Shown here piece by piece: positions 39,950 through 49,281 of a DNA stretch of 64,000 nt (its first letter is position 1; each line of letters begins with the position of its first letter). Source of the DNA: a virus; the IMG/VR virus record IMGVR_UViG_3300046744_000223, positions 1 to 64,000 of that record, one strand, 5' to 3'. The notes beneath the pieces are model-generated. The model saw nothing but the letters and a program-made list of their open reading frames with translations. It was not told the DNA's origin and searched no databases. A program made the translations under genes and the position numbers.

Positions 39950-39980
39950 CTAATATACGAAATTATTTTGAATAATCAAA
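39950..39980 (-). promoter_or_regulatory. Bacteroidota-type -33/-7 promoter upstream of primase
   Basis: TTTG-N19-TATATTAG on the minus strand. Confidence 0.55.
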
Positions 39981-40394
39981 GAAATCAGCGGAAGGTTTTT
40001 CATCAATCCACTCTTGGGGTATTTCTTTCTTGGCCCATTTGAATCCATTCTTCTCACACCATTGTGCGTAAGTGGTCTTTGAACCTTTGTAAATTTTACC
40101 ATTGGGAGATTGTAAAACGAATCGTAAATCAACGTTAGGATTTTGCTCTTTGATTAAAAGATGTTTCTTCCTATCATCGGGCAAGAACCACCCCTTCGAC
40201 TCTATGAATATACCATTAGGTAATCTAAAGTCTGGTTTGTAAGTATGATTAGTTGCTGGAATTGTATATCCGAATTCATGCTTCTCGTACTCACCATCAA
40301 TACCTTGTAATTTAAGTTGCTCATCTATACGAGTCTCCAAACCACTTTTATGACCCTTCATCTTTTGGATGTGGGACCAATTTCCTTTTGCCAT
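39963..40394 (-). CDS. T7 endonuclease I-like Holliday junction resolvase
   Basis: KSGLE, YKPDFRLPNGIFIESKG, DRKKHLLIKEQ, LRFV, YAQWCEKNGF, IPQEW. Confidence 0.92.
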   Translation of the reverse strand: MAKGNWSHIQKMKGHKSGLETRIDEQLKLQGIDGEYEKHEFGYTIPATNHTYKPDFRLPNGIFIESKGWFLPDDRKKHLLIKEQNPNVDLRFVLQSPNGKIYKGSKTTYAQWCEKNGFKWAKKEIPQEWIDEKPSADFFDYSK

Positions 40395-40400
40395 AACTTT

Positions 40401-41864
40401 TTAGTCTATATCAAATTTAACGTTGATTGTCACGTCAACGTCTTTTCTCTTTTTCAATGGTGAACCTAACTTTGCTATTGCTAATAAATCACCAGTGTCG
40501 TTATATAATCCAAGCTGAGTAATGTATGGTCTAAAGTCTGAACCTGTGACCATATTTATTAATCGGTTATCATCAGCGGTGCCGCCAATTCGAAGCGATG
40601 GGTTTGATGACACATTGTATTCGTTTCTATTTATCTCACATAATACAGAAACTTCTTCGATTGTTTTAGTAGACCTATACTTTAATTCATAATCACGATT
40701 TGTATAATCACCATTGTTATTTCCTAAAAATATATTCTGATATCTATACCTTGGGTCTGACGTAATAATCATACCTTGTTTATAAAATACATAACCCACT
40801 TCTTTTCTTTGTAGAGCAGACCCACTTGGAGAAGTATCTGCTAGCGATATTATATTATCATCAGTTAATGCGGTTTTTGATATTCTAAATTGTGATATAG
40901 AACCACTAAAGTTTGCTTCAGTATTTTCAACATTACGACTACCTATGAGTATATCCCTATCATTGTTTACATTTGTCTTAAACGAATAAGATGCTGATGT
41001 GTCAACAATACCATCAACGTATAAGTAGATGAGGTCGTCTTTTTTATTGAGTACATATTTGTGATGTGTTCCATCAGCGTATGCTGTGGATGAGGAAAAG
41101 TTCATTGTAATATTACCATCTGAGGCTTTTACAAATATATGACCAGGACTTGTTGGGTGGTTTTCTGAGTAGAATGATATGTCAAATGGGTACTGACCAG
41201 ACCCATCGGCTTTTGTGGTCTCTAATCCATCATCACCTATGGTGGATAGTGTATTTCGTTTTTGAACTAAGCTAAACTCTCGTCTACCTGCAATTGATTG
41301 TGATGGTGGGATGGTTGCTCCAAATGAAACTGCCCAATCATCATTTTTATTTAATATATTAAAATGACTTTGATGTTTGATTTGAATACTACGTGTTTGT
41401 TCAAAGTTATATGTGTTACCAATACCAGATACCGGATTTGACGAGATAGCCGAATCACTACCAGCTCCAATAGAATCTCCATCGGATGGTGGGTTTGATG
41501 ATAATGATATTGCACCACCACTTAAAGTTAGGTTTAATGTTACTCCAGGCTCAATTTGGTGAATACCATCAACTCGTATAGACCCATTTACCATAGATAC
41601 TGACAATGATGTATTGCCAGAACTATATACAGAACCATTACTTGCGGCTGTATAACCAGTACCACCAATTGTATAGGTTAAGTCGGTGAAGTTGTCAAAG
41701 TAGTAATCTGAATTTGGGTGAATGTAAAATGTCAGATATAATATAGTACCATTGATACCATTTGATACCTCTTTGGTTACTATCGCAGATGTAAAAGGGC
41801 TTGCTCCAGTTGTAACTTTGGTATTAGCTGAATCATTTGTTATGTTTATTTTAAATACACCCAT
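40401..41864 (-). CDS. Virion protein with LamG/ConA-like domain and tail-collar-like C-terminus
   Basis: LYVDG...FSGSISQFRI LamG pattern; PYITQLGLYNDTGDLLAIAKL. Confidence 0.7.
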   Translation of the reverse strand: MGVFKINITNDSANTKVTTGASPFTSAIVTKEVSNGINGTILYLTFYIHPNSDYYFDNFTDLTYTIGGTGYTAASNGSVYSSGNTSLSVSMVNGSIRVDGIHQIEPGVTLNLTLSGGAISLSSNPPSDGDSIGAGSDSAISSNPVSGIGNTYNFEQTRSIQIKHQSHFNILNKNDDWAVSFGATIPPSQSIAGRREFSLVQKRNTLSTIGDDGLETTKADGSGQYPFDISFYSENHPTSPGHIFVKASDGNITMNFSSSTAYADGTHHKYVLNKKDDLIYLYVDGIVDTSASYSFKTNVNNDRDILIGSRNVENTEANFSGSISQFRISKTALTDDNIISLADTSPSGSALQRKEVGYVFYKQGMIITSDPRYRYQNIFLGNNNGDYTNRDYELKYRSTKTIEEVSVLCEINRNEYNVSSNPSLRIGGTADDNRLINMVTGSDFRPYITQLGLYNDTGDLLAIAKLGSPLKKRKDVDVTINVKFDID

Positions 41865-42430
41865 TACACAATTCTATTTACAAAGTTAGATTTATCACTT
41901 GTGTCTGATTCAAAATCCAAATAAACTAAAGTATCGGTTGATTTAATATATGACGATCCAGTTTGTTCACTTGCGATTAGTAATCCATATTCATCATCAA
42001 CTTTTTGGTCATAAAGTCGTATAGCCGATGCTGGGTAATTTGAGTTGTCAATAATAGAAATAGAACCCGGCTTTATACCATCACCAAATTTATTTTGTGG
42101 AATCGATACTATTGAAGCTGTATCGTATAGTTTAATATCAGTTCTTCTTTTAAAGAATGTGGAGTTTATTGAATTCCATACAATATATTGTGGTATAGAA
42201 TTTAATTCATCAGTTACACCATGAGATGATGTCAAAAATGTATCTACACCAATTTCACCCGACACTGACGTTGATACTTCGGTTAATGTACCATTATCCG
42301 AAATACCCCTAAGTACAGAAATCTCAAAAGATGATGAGTGGTTTACATTCGTAACTTCATATCTTTTATGAGCTTTAAATGGTCTTCTCTGAATACCACC
42401 ATTGAATATTTTTTTTAATGCTATTCCCAT
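41864..42430 (-). CDS. Hypothetical virion protein
   Basis: SIPQNKFGDGIKPGS motif, coupled to the downstream gene by TAATG. Confidence 0.6.
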   Translation of the reverse strand: MGIALKKIFNGGIQRRPFKAHKRYEVTNVNHSSSFEISVLRGISDNGTLTEVSTSVSGEIGVDTFLTSSHGVTDELNSIPQYIVWNSINSTFFKRRTDIKLYDTASIVSIPQNKFGDGIKPGSISIIDNSNYPASAIRLYDQKVDDEYGLLIASEQTGSSYIKSTDTLVYLDFESDTSDKSNFVNRIV

Positions 42431-42442
42431 GAGTGACCATCG

Positions 42443-43681
42443 TTAAAAGTCTAGCTTAACCTTAATAAGAATTTCATTAGAGAATGATTTCAATAAAGGT
42501 TTAGATAACTTTGCAATTGCTAAAAGTTCATTGTCATTGTTATACAACCCAACTGAAGTAATGTATGACTTAGGGTCACCTACAAATGTTTGTTGTCTTA
42601 ACTTACCAACTGAACCCGTAACATACGATGGGTTGTTTGAGTAATTATATTCACCATTTTTAGCTCTAACAAAGAAGAATGTTGATTTAACTTCTTCTTC
42701 ACTTCTAGCTTGGAATCCGTTTGCTGAATTCTCAAATGCAGCTCCACTAATTGCTGTAAACAATTTATTATGGTTTTGTGCATCAGTGTTAGTTGTTCTG
42801 ATAGTACCAAATGATGCTGAAGCGTCTAATGCTGCAGCTGATAATACAATTACACCAAATTGAGGATATACTTCTCCAAAGACCTCATCCTCGGTAAGTA
42901 CACCATCAGTTAAAGAACCCGATACGATGTTGTATTTATTTTTGTTTGAGTTTCCTAATTGATTAGTGTCACCACTATTATCAATAAGTCTAAGGGTCTC
43001 ACCATTAGAACCCGATAATACAAGTTCCCAATTTCCAGGATCTAATTTATCTTTAATTCTGGCTCTATTAATTGTTAGGATGTAAACGTCATCTTGAGTT
43101 ACATCGTTAAATGTAAATCGTGTTTGGTTAGATGGTAACAATACTTGTTGAAATTGTGAGTACATTGCGTTTGATGGTGAATCTTCATTAGAACCATCAT
43201 TAGATGAACCACTACCAGCGTAGTGCCCATATGCAACTGAGAACTGAGATTCTTTCGTTGAATCCGTTGGGTCTCCATTATATATCTCATGGTAGTATTG
43301 TTTTTGAGTATCCGATTGAAACGATGAGGTAGCGAATGTTATTAGTTCACCGACCTTACCACTCCATAAACCACGTGTGATTCTTTGTGTATTTCCCTCT
43401 ACAATGTCTTCGACAGTAAAAGCAGTATATACTTTACCACTACCATAATCATATGCACCTGCAGGGATTACCGGAGTTTGGTTTTCTACTGTATCTATTG
43501 CTTGAATTTGAGCAAGAGTTTCTGCTTGAGCAAGACCAGGAAGATTTCCCCTACTAATAGAAGGTCTTTGAGAACCACCCCTATTACCACCTGATGTACC
43601 GCTTGGGCCAGCAGATGGTCCTTGGTTTCCTCGGTTGCCACCACCTCCACCACCTGTATTACCTATCGATTGTACTGCCAT
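42443..43681 (-). CDS. Baseplate/tail-associated structural protein
   Basis: YITSVGLYNNDNELLAIAKLSKP...VKLDF, paralogous to the C-terminus of 40401..41864. Confidence 0.65.
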   Translation of the reverse strand: MAVQSIGNTGGGGGGNRGNQGPSAGPSGTSGGNRGGSQRPSISRGNLPGLAQAETLAQIQAIDTVENQTPVIPAGAYDYGSGKVYTAFTVEDIVEGNTQRITRGLWSGKVGELITFATSSFQSDTQKQYYHEIYNGDPTDSTKESQFSVAYGHYAGSGSSNDGSNEDSPSNAMYSQFQQVLLPSNQTRFTFNDVTQDDVYILTINRARIKDKLDPGNWELVLSGSNGETLRLIDNSGDTNQLGNSNKNKYNIVSGSLTDGVLTEDEVFGEVYPQFGVIVLSAAALDASASFGTIRTTNTDAQNHNKLFTAISGAAFENSANGFQARSEEEVKSTFFFVRAKNGEYNYSNNPSYVTGSVGKLRQQTFVGDPKSYITSVGLYNNDNELLAIAKLSKPLLKSFSNEILIKVKLDF

Positions 43682-43697
43682 TTTATTATCCTATTTT

Positions 43698-44375
43698 TTA
43701 AGCTAAATTATTATTTACAACCACTACTGCTGTTTGTGCGTCAGTCACCGGATTAACAGTTATGTCAATCTCAGTTCTACCACCAGTTTCATTACCTATG
43801 ATAACTACACGAGTTGAAATTGCGGTATCGTTTGGTAGATTAGCCGCCGATTGGAATGTAAATTGATTTTTACCCACAACAGTTTGTGATTGATTGGTAT
43901 TGTATGTACCAACATTTATGATTGGAGTTATGTTTCCAGGAACACCAGCATTACCACTAATACTACCAGCATCTTTGTTAAGTAGAATTGCTGTATAACC
44001 TAAGTTTTCGTTACCACCATTTTTAGTTACCACCGACATGATAGTATTGTTTACACCTTCATCTAAAGTGATAGTTGATGGTGACACTGATATAAATGGT
44101 AACCTTGTGGTCGTTTTTGGTAATGAAAGTAATTTGTATTTCATTGCATAGTTTTCATCAGTGATTGCCTCTATTACAGGCATATTCTCAATGATGATAC
44201 CGTAGTAGTCAGAACCCAACGAGTGTGCTGGATTCCATAGTTCGTAATCAACCTCATCATCCGCTAATGCGAATTGGGTGATTTGGAACTTGTCACGTCC
44301 CTCTGCTAATAACTCTCTACCCTTTTTGGTCAGAATAGCGTCTACTGTTACTGATGAATTGTCTAAAAATCCCAT
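43698..44375 (-). CDS. Baseplate/tail-associated structural protein
   Basis: DAILTKKGRELLA...FALADDEVDY resembles tail-collar N-terminal motifs. Confidence 0.6.
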   Translation of the reverse strand: MGFLDNSSVTVDAILTKKGRELLAEGRDKFQITQFALADDEVDYELWNPAHSLGSDYYGIIIENMPVIEAITDENYAMKYKLLSLPKTTTRLPFISVSPSTITLDEGVNNTIMSVVTKNGGNENLGYTAILLNKDAGSISGNAGVPGNITPIINVGTYNTNQSQTVVGKNQFTFQSAANLPNDTAISTRVVIIGNETGGRTEIDITVNPVTDAQTAVVVVNNNLA

Positions 44376-44430
44376 GTTCTCTTTCCTATTATTTGTATAT
44401 AAATATGGTTTTTTATTTTATTTAACCATA

Positions 44431-47400
44431 TCATCTCCGATTAAACCTTTTTAGTATACCTTTTAGTAATTTATTTTCTGTATTTTCTTTAAATCTAAAC
44501 TTAGGTTTTGGCAATTTCACTACAAATGGTAGTGGTTTTAACGATTGCCTTTCAAGGTCAGCGGATGGTAATTGTCGTTTTAGTTTATCGTTTTCTTTTT
44601 TAACCGAAATCAATGCGTCAGCCGGCATGATACTAACTAATTTTGGTTTTGTTTTTTGTTCGTTAGCTAACACATCTCCAGTTTGACCAGAGAATACTAT
44701 AACGTTCGGGTCTACTTTTGTTATTTCAACTACCGGCCCACCATCGGGTGTGTCTTGTGAATCAGTGGTTAACGAATCACTACTTACCTTACACCCATTA
44801 TAAAATAGGTTTTCAAATGAAAGTGGTAGCCTAGTATCTTGTACATCCGTATAATGAAACGAAGTTGAATTCGGTGTCATTGTCACAGCGTCTTCATTAG
44901 TAGCGAAGAAGTATTTTGGTTCTAAATATATTTTAGAAGGTCGAGCCTCTAAAATAGTGGAACCGGTTGGGGAGTACTCCCAATAACCATTATATCGTGT
45001 TACGTAGGTATCCCCACTCAAGGTAGCAATGTCAAATTTATAAGTAGATGGTTCGTAATCATATAGACTCACAACCCCATCTGGACGAGATGACCCACTA
45101 CTTAAACCATAATCGTTTCTACTTGCTGTAATTATACCATCACCTACTGATATAGTACCTTCATAATAATGGCTAGATATAGACACACCACGTTCTCTCT
45201 GAAACTTATTACGTTCAAACACATGAGGTTCTATCAATATACCCTTATGCCAATCCACGCGTGCTGGAATTAGTTGTTTTATTTGGTCGAATACAGACAT
45301 ATCATAACGAGATAACATATCCATAATCAAATCTAATGAAGTACCCGTAGTGTATTTTTGGAAATAATTCTTAGCTCTATACTTTAGTAATGGGTAATCC
45401 TCATTATATCTCTTATCAGTATCACCCACCCAATCATCAGCTTCGAAATATCCCTCAGAATTATATATGTCCGAGTTTACAGTGTCGGTTGTTGAGAAGT
45501 AAGTACCTAATAAATTAGAATCAACTGGAGCATAATCGAACTGAGATATCTCATTTGATTTATCTATACTCAATGGACCTTTTAATGAAGATGATTCGAT
45601 TCTAATTTTGTTGTTCATCAGATTTAATGCACCCATTGATGGTATGGTAACATACTGAGTATCAACTTCACCAACTAAATCAGATGGCTTCATATTTACT
45701 AATGATGCTGACAACACTAATCCAGTATCAGATGATGTAAATCTTTGATTTGGGTGTATGGAGCTTATAGAACCACTATTGGTTTTGAATCCACTATCTG
45801 GAAATATTCGATACATCAACTTATCGAATGAAGTATCAATATCTAAATCAGTTGTGTTGTCATCACTAAAATATGCTTCTCTATTCTTAGCGTGTTCGGT
45901 TATGATTTCATTTGAGATAGTATCTCTGAAATATCTAATCTCTTGAATACTTGCGGTCTCATATGAGTTTACATTTGTATCCGTTGTAGGACCAGGTACT
46001 TGAACTGTTCCCGTTGAGGTCCACACACTATTGAATGTTGAGTTACCACCACTTAATGTTGCTGTTGGGTTTGCGAGTAGTTCACCCCAATCATCAACCC
46101 ACGCAGCGTTGATGTCAATTGAACTTGAATTCAAAGATATCGCAACTTCTCTACGTTCTTTATAAGGAACATATGATGATGATATGATATCAGTACTATT
46201 TACACGTAACCTAAGCCTTGCGGTTTCATTTAAGTAGTCCCAAAATAAATCTACATTATCAGAGGTATCACTCAATCGTAAGATATGATAATTACCTTTA
46301 GGCATTTTACCAATAACCTCAATTGAGTTTGGTCTATCAGACTGTATATCATCCCATGGATTTGAAATATATTTAGATGGTGACGCTTGTAGTTTGTTTA
46401 CAAATCGCTCTTGCTCATAAACACTTTTACGAGTGGATATCGTAGGACCACCCCACTCACGAATCTTCAAGAATGCCTGTGGAATTCCGTATGTGGATAG
46501 TAGTGCTTTAATTGAACGAGCAGTCCCCTTCGTCTTGTACAACATGGGAATTGTATTTACAATACGTCTCCAAATCTCATGTGTTATTTGCTCACGTGGC
46601 TTAGATTCCAACGTACCGGTTTGTGATTTAGTTCCATCCGCATTAACACCCAATGCATATTTCCAAAGAGATACGTCTGAATATCCTGTTGACAATTTCC
46701 ACCCAAGAGAGTCTGCTACTGACTTTAGTACCTCATCAGGCATACCATCATTGAAGTGTTCTTCTCGTTCATTTATACTCGTTAATGCGTTGATATATGT
46801 CCACTGAATATCAAAGTGTTGGCCAATCATATCTACGAATGTGATATACTCTGTATTACGAGGGTCTGCTTTTAGGTAAATTGGTATCGAATTTCTAAGA
46901 GAAGCATCATTAAATTCATCAAACAACGATGCGCTAGCGTATGTGTTTTGATACCAAGTTGTACCTTCAACAGATGTAGTTGGTTTTAACACATGAGGAA
47001 ATGTTGATTGTTTAGGGTATGGTTTAATAGTATATATTGATGACGACCAGTGGGTATAGTTACTTTGTTGTTCAGAATAATACAAGTGGTTTTCAAATCC
47101 ATCGAAACCACCAATCAACGTATCTCTTCGGACCATTGATTGAGATATATTGGTTATAGCTTCAGAACCACTAACGTTAAGTAATGTGTTTATTCGTGAA
47201 TCGTAAGCTTCGATTTGTTGTAATTTGTATAAGAAATTATCTACACGTTCAGTTGCGGATGAAAAATGTACATAATTTTTAAAATCAGAATAGTCTATGT
47301 TTAAGTCAATAGAACCCAACGACCCACTAAAATATTTATTTATTAATTGTTGTGACGTTGTTGCGTTTACGTCTAACAACGAGTTCCAATTCTGCCATTC

Positions 47401-48771
47401 TGTACCACCCGCGCTTTTAGCATCAGACATATCTAACTCAAAGTTGGGTTGTGAAAAGTTAGGTCTATTTACATTAGCTATACTTGGAAATATAACTAAC
47501 TTCTCTACCCAACTTTCTTTAATACGTGCATCTAATTCTACTAAATTATTAACAACTATATTATCGGGTAATGGTGATGCTAACTTAACAACAATATCCT
47601 TCACATCAAATGCAAAATCGGTATTATATTTTTTGTATGTTAAATATAGTTTACTTAAATCAGTATTAGTTTTTTTGCCAGTTTCAATAACCCTTACACT
47701 TCGGGCTTGGGTTACTGCCGGTAAATTAGAGTCACCTTGATTGATGTCAAATGTTCTAGCCCCATTCCATTGAAGTTGATTATCGTCATCATAGTATAGT
47801 GAAAATCTTCTCCATCGACCTGTCATACGTCCAGCAGCATTGAATAAATTTCCGTTTTCATCAGTCACCTTGGTTGGTTCACCGATAGCTGGTGTGTATA
47901 TTTCTAAAAATTCAGTAAATACACCTAACTTTTCTGATAGTCTATCGAATGGTACATACGTGGTTGAAATCAAACCACCACCATCGTGGTTATATCTACC
48001 ACCACGATTTGGATATGATTTCTCAGTCAACTCTAACCCTACACGTGCTTGGTCAAAATACACACTTGCAATATCAATTATATTGTTATCACCTAAGTTC
48101 AGTACAAAGTCAGGTCTATTTTGTGTAAAGGTAGAATCAGTGTTTGCTCGCTGGAAGTATAAGTCTTTTAGTGTTTCAAAATCACGAGGAAGTGGATTGG
48201 GGTTGATATTAATAGGTCCGGAGGGTAACTGAAACGCGGTCATGAGTGATTTCGCTGACAATGTATTGGCAACCATCGGATTTCCATTAGAAGTGATAAC
48301 TGGCTTGTTAACACTTGAACCCACACCCCCATTAATGATAGACGCTTCCGAAATTTGGTATGGGTCTTTTACAGTAAGTAATACTTCAGTCCTATCACCA
48401 CCAATAGCTTTAACTTTTACACCATCATTTAATTTATGCATGAAGTTGTAAACTATACTATAAACTCCTTGTAAGTATCCATCATCACGGATATCTTTCT
48501 CAGGCTGTAATGTTATTAGTGGATACGTGTTACCATTTTCAGAATATGGTATTGGTAGTTTGTATGTTGACTTTAATAAGTTTTCACCAGAATATACATG
48601 ACGTTCCATGTTGGGTCTGAGTTTTGATAAAACTCCGGGCGCAAGTGTACCATCAACATCATTTACAGTTAATGGTCTCAGAGTACCATCGACACCATCG
48701 TTAAATGTGTTTCCATAGGTTGGAACGAACCCAACAACTTCTTCTTTATTTTTAAATCTATCCAATGACAT
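44431..48771 (-). CDS. Large baseplate wedge protein (gp7-like)
   Basis: FVDMIGQHFD...LYKTKGTARSIKALLSTYG and IKQLIPAR motifs; lies in the baseplate block. Confidence 0.65.
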   Translation of the reverse strand: MSLDRFKNKEEVVGFVPTYGNTFNDGVDGTLRPLTVNDVDGTLAPGVLSKLRPNMERHVYSGENLLKSTYKLPIPYSENGNTYPLITLQPEKDIRDDGYLQGVYSIVYNFMHKLNDGVKVKAIGGDRTEVLLTVKDPYQISEASIINGGVGSSVNKPVITSNGNPMVANTLSAKSLMTAFQLPSGPININPNPLPRDFETLKDLYFQRANTDSTFTQNRPDFVLNLGDNNIIDIASVYFDQARVGLELTEKSYPNRGGRYNHDGGGLISTTYVPFDRLSEKLGVFTEFLEIYTPAIGEPTKVTDENGNLFNAAGRMTGRWRRFSLYYDDDNQLQWNGARTFDINQGDSNLPAVTQARSVRVIETGKKTNTDLSKLYLTYKKYNTDFAFDVKDIVVKLASPLPDNIVVNNLVELDARIKESWVEKLVIFPSIANVNRPNFSQPNFELDMSDAKSAGGTEWQNWNSLLDVNATTSQQLINKYFSGSLGSIDLNIDYSDFKNYVHFSSATERVDNFLYKLQQIEAYDSRINTLLNVSGSEAITNISQSMVRRDTLIGGFDGFENHLYYSEQQSNYTHWSSSIYTIKPYPKQSTFPHVLKPTTSVEGTTWYQNTYASASLFDEFNDASLRNSIPIYLKADPRNTEYITFVDMIGQHFDIQWTYINALTSINEREEHFNDGMPDEVLKSVADSLGWKLSTGYSDVSLWKYALGVNADGTKSQTGTLESKPREQITHEIWRRIVNTIPMLYKTKGTARSIKALLSTYGIPQAFLKIREWGGPTISTRKSVYEQERFVNKLQASPSKYISNPWDDIQSDRPNSIEVIGKMPKGNYHILRLSDTSDNVDLFWDYLNETARLRLRVNSTDIISSSYVPYKERREVAISLNSSSIDINAAWVDDWGELLANPTATLSGGNSTFNSVWTSTGTVQVPGPTTDTNVNSYETASIQEIRYFRDTISNEIITEHAKNREAYFSDDNTTDLDIDTSFDKLMYRIFPDSGFKTNSGSISSIHPNQRFTSSDTGLVLSASLVNMKPSDLVGEVDTQYVTIPSMGALNLMNNKIRIESSSLKGPLSIDKSNEISQFDYAPVDSNLLGTYFSTTDTVNSDIYNSEGYFEADDWVGDTDKRYNEDYPLLKYRAKNYFQKYTTGTSLDLIMDMLSRYDMSVFDQIKQLIPARVDWHKGILIEPHVFERNKFQRERGVSISSHYYEGTISVGDGIITASRNDYGLSSGSSRPDGVVSLYDYEPSTYKFDIATLSGDTYVTRYNGYWEYSPTGSTILEARPSKIYLEPKYFFATNEDAVTMTPNSTSFHYTDVQDTRLPLSFENLFYNGCKVSSDSLTTDSQDTPDGGPVVEITKVDPNVIVFSGQTGDVLANEQKTKPKLVSIMPADALISVKKENDKLKRQLPSADLERQSLKPLPFVVKLPKPKFRFKENTENKLLKGILKRFNRR

Positions 48772-48774
48772 ATA

Positions 48775-49281
48775 TTATAGTCCGCCTTTAAATCCACCAC
48801 CTGAAGGTCCGCTTGGTGACGGTGTTGGGGATGGTCGGCCTGGACCGGTTGAGCCAAAACCTGTCGTTGGAGTTGTTGAACCAAAACCTGTTGTTGGACC
48901 TGTCGTACCTTGTGGGCCGGTTGGACCTGCCGTTGGGCCTACCGCACCTTGATTTATATTTCTTACTAAAGATTGGAACGTAAATACAGCAAACACATCA
49001 CGTGGTTCCTTAATATCTACTTCATTTATAAACTCATCAGAAAATTCAACATCAGTATACGTTTCATACGAAACAGATATTGGTTGCTGGTCTGAATTAA
49101 AAAATGGCCGACTTGACCTTTGTATCAAGTCATGCTTTATAGTACTACTATAATTATTATCATCCGATGCAAGTGTAACATCACCATATATTTGTGAATC
49201 TACATTAGAATCGGATGCTCCATCAATCTCGTATGAGATTATCTGACCTCTACCATTACGTCTTACGCCACGTTTATTCAT
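48775..49281 (-). CDS. Hypothetical protein with Gly/Pro/Thr-rich tail
   Basis: GPTAGPTGPQGTTGPTTGFGSTTPTTGFGSTGP. Confidence 0.6.
   Translation of the reverse strand: MNKRGVRRNGRGQIISYEIDGASDSNVDSQIYGDVTLASDDNNYSSTIKHDLIQRSSRPFFNSDQQPISVSYETYTDVEFSDEFINEVDIKEPRDVFAVFTFQSLVRNINQGAVGPTAGPTGPQGTTGPTTGFGSTTPTTGFGSTGPGRPSPTPSPSGPSGGGFKGGL

Noticed and set aside
48775-48950. Second collagen gene
   Set aside because: Only a few Gly-Pro-X triplets with broken periodicity; more likely a flexible low-complexity tail.
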